A stretch of DNA of 64,000 nucleotides, taken from NCBI RefSeq assembly GCF_036321535.1, contig NC_087472.1:96226001-96290000 (forward strand), in the 5' to 3' direction. Position 1 is the stretch's first letter. Each line of letters starts with the position of its first letter. A program made the translations under genes and the position numbers. Below are positions 63,671 through 64,000 of the stretch, one piece after another. The notes beneath the pieces are model-generated. The model had not been told where the DNA came from. It ran no database searches and saw only the letters and a list, made by a program, of their open reading frames with translations. The DNA is from Camelus dromedarius (taxonomy: Eukaryota).

Positions 63671-64000
63671 CACAACTGAAAAATTAATTTCTACAGTGTT
63701 AACAGAGCTACTAGTAACGATTTTTCGATTCTTGTGTAGAACCACTTGACTGACAATATCCACAAAAGTATCCAATATGGGGAAACCAGAGGTCAAAGAT
63801 CCCAGGATAGACACATACTTTTCTATGAACCCTCTTAGAACAAAATATACATGGCATGAATTGAAATTTTTACATTTCCCACCAAACCTAGAACTATGAA
63901 TCAACCACTCGACAGGAAAAACTAATCTAGAAATGGTGAAGAAATGTAAGTGGTAAGCATAAGTCTTATCTTTCCCAAGTCAACCCTGACTTCTGGTAGC

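Overview
This is mammalian genomic DNA. The youngest L1 3' ends look camelid/artiodactyl (from memory), and I saw no Alu, B1, BovB/Bov-A, PRE-1 or CAN-SINE. The gene content is the PCYT1B/PDK3 convergent pair, which is X-linked in human. 1-~6350 is a strand-asymmetric satellite: a conserved ~30-bp core (TCTTGGAATGAATGCTTGTGTCTGAGAAC) separated by C/T spacers, with a 4,423-bp higher-order repeat and a decaying right edge. ~6.4-25.8 kb is a nest of mostly + strand degenerate LINE-1 elements, one of them near full length with a CpG-island 5' UTR. The PCYT1B terminal coding exon is at 28233-28445 (+), with its 3' UTR running to ~32.1 kb. I found no upstream PCYT1B exon in the 28 kb between it and the window start. 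PDK3 lies on the - strand with six intact 3' coding exons (59488 down to 49173), two alternative C-termini and a probable ~10.5-kb 3' UTR. Nearly all other ORFs in the track are repeat-derived or chance. The most notable items are the satellite lying inside or truncating PCYT1B, a frame-altered CCT-beta1-type splice acceptor, and ancient repeats with strong AT-to-GC drift. Repeat family names come from remembered consensus sequences and need a RepeatMasker/Dfam check.
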